Shown here in pieces: positions 16,900-20,000 of a DNA stretch of 20,000 nucleotides. The notes under the pieces were generated by a model. The model was not told where the DNA came from. It saw nothing but the letters and a program-made list of their open reading frames with translations, and searched no databases. A program made the position numbers and the translations under genes. This DNA is from Mayamaea pseudoterrestris (lineage: Eukaryota). The stretch is from assembly GCA_027923505.1 (NCBI GenBank), contig BROI01000041.1, positions 57,757 through 77,756 of the forward strand. Reading direction: 5' to 3'. The stretch's first letter is position 1. Every line of letters begins with the position of its first letter.

Positions 16900-19800
16900 T
16901 AGTGACTGTTCAATGCCCCATGAATGGATGGCATGACCATAACTGGCAAAATTGTCAGCTTTGTTGGCTACCATTTGTGGATGATACGGACTTAGGGAAT
17001 TTGCGGAACCGGCATAGCAGCAGAAATGCAGCAGTCTCGACTATTGGGAAGGAGGACTCTTTGTTACGGTGTTTGTTCTGAGAAGACTTTCCTCATGGCT
17101 GATAACTGGCACGCTGACGGTTTGGTCTCTCAAGCCAGAAGGTGAATACCAGCACAGTCCAGTTAAGGACATGCATGGCGTCACTCAGCCTATACAGCGC
17201 CATCCAACGACCATGCTGGACAAACACTATCTATATGCGGATGGTAGTGAGTTGAGGCAGGCGTAAGTTCTGTGCGAGAAGTCCGTGGCATGGGCAAACA
17301 AGTTGTGAGCAAGCCATTTACCCCGTCATCTGGCCACGACAAGTTTTCTTTGGGCCACGTGCCTCACTCGCAAGCAGTGCCAACGATTCAAGGGCCAGCA
17401 ATGACAGCAGCTTAAATTGTCCGTAAGGTATTGGCAGTGACACACCTAATGCAGTCTGTACGTCCTGTCAAGTTGCAAGGTCTGGGATATGTTACCACCC
17501 AATTGTTCACTCCACATCGAGGCACTGGCGTTTCGTTTCAGAGCATCCATCACGCAACACATCACAACTATACGTCAGCTCAGAGCAGTTGAAGCTTTTT
17601 AATGGTATCAATGGTCCTTTGTTTGACGAGGATATGTCTCGAGTCCATACAACAACTAAAAGGATCATTTACAGCGAAAAGATGACTCATTCTATCCAAC
17701 TCCTGGATGATTTGCCTGTCTTCCAGCCATGGCGAGATGGAGACCCGCCATTATGGAAGTGTTTACAATAATGCTGACTGGTCACTCACATTGGGTATTC
17801 TGAACCGCTGTCGCATCTTTCTGCAATTGCTTTACTCTTTCCGACATGGTGCACGCTGATGGCGTTTATACTTCACTGAGGCAGCATGGAATGGACAAAT
17901 TGACAAGTCACGCGATACTCATTACCCTGGCCAGCACAAGGTCCTTTTGTCGATCGCTGCTGGGCACTCTGGAGAACAGCACTGCAGCATCACTGGTGTA
18001 CTCGCAAATCGCAGTTACGCTACAGCTTGGGGCGTGGATGACACGGAGCCTACTACAAGATTTTATTCTTAGCCCAAGGCTTGATATTCTCATGGAGAAA
18101 AGGCTGGCAGGCTGGTTTCAATATGGTTACAGTGGGACGGATGCGTCGTCGCGTTTGACAAAAGTTAGGCAGTGCCGCGCCACGATTAGCTCTCGAGTAT
18201 CCGCCCAAATGGTTAGCCCCATGCAGGTCTGATTCAACAGTTGGGGTGCTTCCATGGCTGCTACTTCTACTCCATCACTGTCTGTTCTGGCATCCATGCG
18301 TGTTTACCTTTCCTGAGCCATCTCGCGGGATTCTCGACCATGTTTCCCTTCTGCCGCCAGATGAAGGGGCTGCAATGTCACGTGCACTCCAGAATGGTTC
18401 GGTTGTCGCAGGGAGGGTCCCACGAGCCCATCGTTGCAACCGGAGCTGCAGCCACTACCATCCAGGCCAAAATGTTATACTCTAGTCCTGACACGACAAA
18501 GTGCTTACGAGTGAACTGATTGGTTGTACTAAACCATTGTCCTTGTGCACCTGCTCTGCCGAGCAATATAATGTGACAGAAGGTCTTGAGCTTGCTTACA
18601 ATGGCCTCTCAGCCCTCAAACAAGCTAGCAAGGTTCAATCACGGACACCATTAAGCCAGTCCTTGATGATCTGCTGTAAGTGCTGATGTGTGAACCATTC
18701 AATGGAAAACACGATGTCCTGTCACAGAGGAACGAGGTGGTTGGAAGGCTCAACTTGTGGGTCCCCTGTCGACCTCTGAATGATCTGGATGGGGTGTTTC
18801 ATGTTCAGTTTGCGGATCACCACGGATCCCATGCTCAGTTCTCTATAAGGAAATAATTCATTTGCATAGCAATCAAAAGAAGTACAGTTCGTTTGGCGAG
18901 CAAGTGAATGTACACCCTCCTGAATTATTGGCGCAGTAGGGCAAATTTGGTGACTCCACGGATGCAATGTGGATTGGCAAGCTTCTTTCAAAGCTAAAGT
19001 CTGCCACTGGGGCGCCAACAACACCAGACCAAAATGATCTTCCAAATTTGTGGCAGTCCGCCACCGCACTAAATTACGGAACTATCCCAGGAAGACACCA
19101 TCATGCCTGCAACTCCTTCACCAGTCCAGGTCATAGAAACGGTGGACCATTTGTGCATATCTGTCCAGGAGCTGACACCTCTGACTGAGTGCATGGAAGA
19201 ATTGACAGCAAGCTCATTCACCTTGGCACACTTGGCCCATTCGTACAGTAATTGTGGAGGGCCTCAAAGCATGGCATTCTAGCTCTGCTCCACCAGTTCA
19301 TGCCAAAAAAAATTCAATCCAAGCTTTGATCACAGCACAGAATCACCAGGTGGCACGCAGTTTGAGGGGCGCTTGCCATTGGATGGGCAGCAGCCAGGAA
19401 CAACACGTTGCTCAATGCTAACCGCATACATGGGGAGGCGCTGGTAAAGATAACACTATATTGCTATTGTCGAGTTAAATATTTGGATATATGGTCACAG
19501 CGCAATAACGACCAAGGGAAACTGGCATCAGAGCCTCGACCGCGCCGGCAGGTTGATGAAGAATCTCTGCGCTGGGCATAACATTGCTCATCTGCGCAAC
19601 CTCATGAAGCGAAAACCCGCGTATCCAACAGCGCCGACAACAAATAGCTTGCTCTATCAGGTCCCGCACTGAGTCAGTTTGATCACAACAACACTGATGA
19701 GAGGGTAGTCCAAGGCCAGTAATCACTAATGCAACGGCCTTTTTCTACCCTCTCTGCAAACAATAACCGAACAAGGGAGCACTCCACCAGCATGTTCAAA

Positions 19801-20000
19801 CCAAACACCCTATTATCTGTTCCATTGTTCTCTCATGTCCAGCCAGGTAATGACAATTAGTGACGGCCCTCGGAACGATTATGGCATTGGAATTTGCCCA
19901 GGCGCTCCTTACTCGACCAATACTGCTCGCCCTCATCTGAAATCCTACATCTGTGCGTAATGATGTGCCATTTGTGTCGCTCAATTTGGGGTACAACCCA
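16900..20000 (-). pseudogene. Possible highly decayed non-LTR (LINE-like) retrotransposon, region C-terminal to RT
   Basis: Only faint motifs: NNWVVT...DCIRC...WHCL (~17370-17515; CX2C..H..C-like) followed by VGW (~17200), an order typical of LINE ORF2 C-termini. No long ORF; CpG-poor. Confidence 0.3.

Noticed and set aside
14144..19945. Other GAAATC hexamers (~14144, ~15684, ~19940)
   Set aside because: They lack the second box. A hexamer alone is expected several times by chance.

Overview
Eukaryotic, transposon-dense window; the elements resemble diatom-type CoDi Ty1/copia retrotransposons (inferred from protein motifs, no database search). 1-11271 holds two apparently identical head-to-tail copies (period 6684 bp) of an intact Ty1/copia LTR retrotransposon with a single gag-pol ORF (1953 aa: Gag-PR-IN-chromodomain-RT-RNase H). 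The copies are joined by two complete 376-bp LTRs that abut with no spacer or TSD. The LTRs run TG...GC, not TG...CA, and no TGG-type tRNA primer-binding site follows the 5' LTR. Instead there is a GAAATC-N13/14-G.T.AAC.T motif set in hairpins. The same motif recurs upstream of a decayed minus-strand relative (~12370-16280) and in a plus-strand LTR/leader-like fragment (~12035-12360), suggesting a conserved non-canonical priming signal. The rest is a ~162-bp degenerate tandem repeat and CpG-poor decayed DNA, probably a non-LTR retrotransposon relic. No host gene or RNA gene could be supported.
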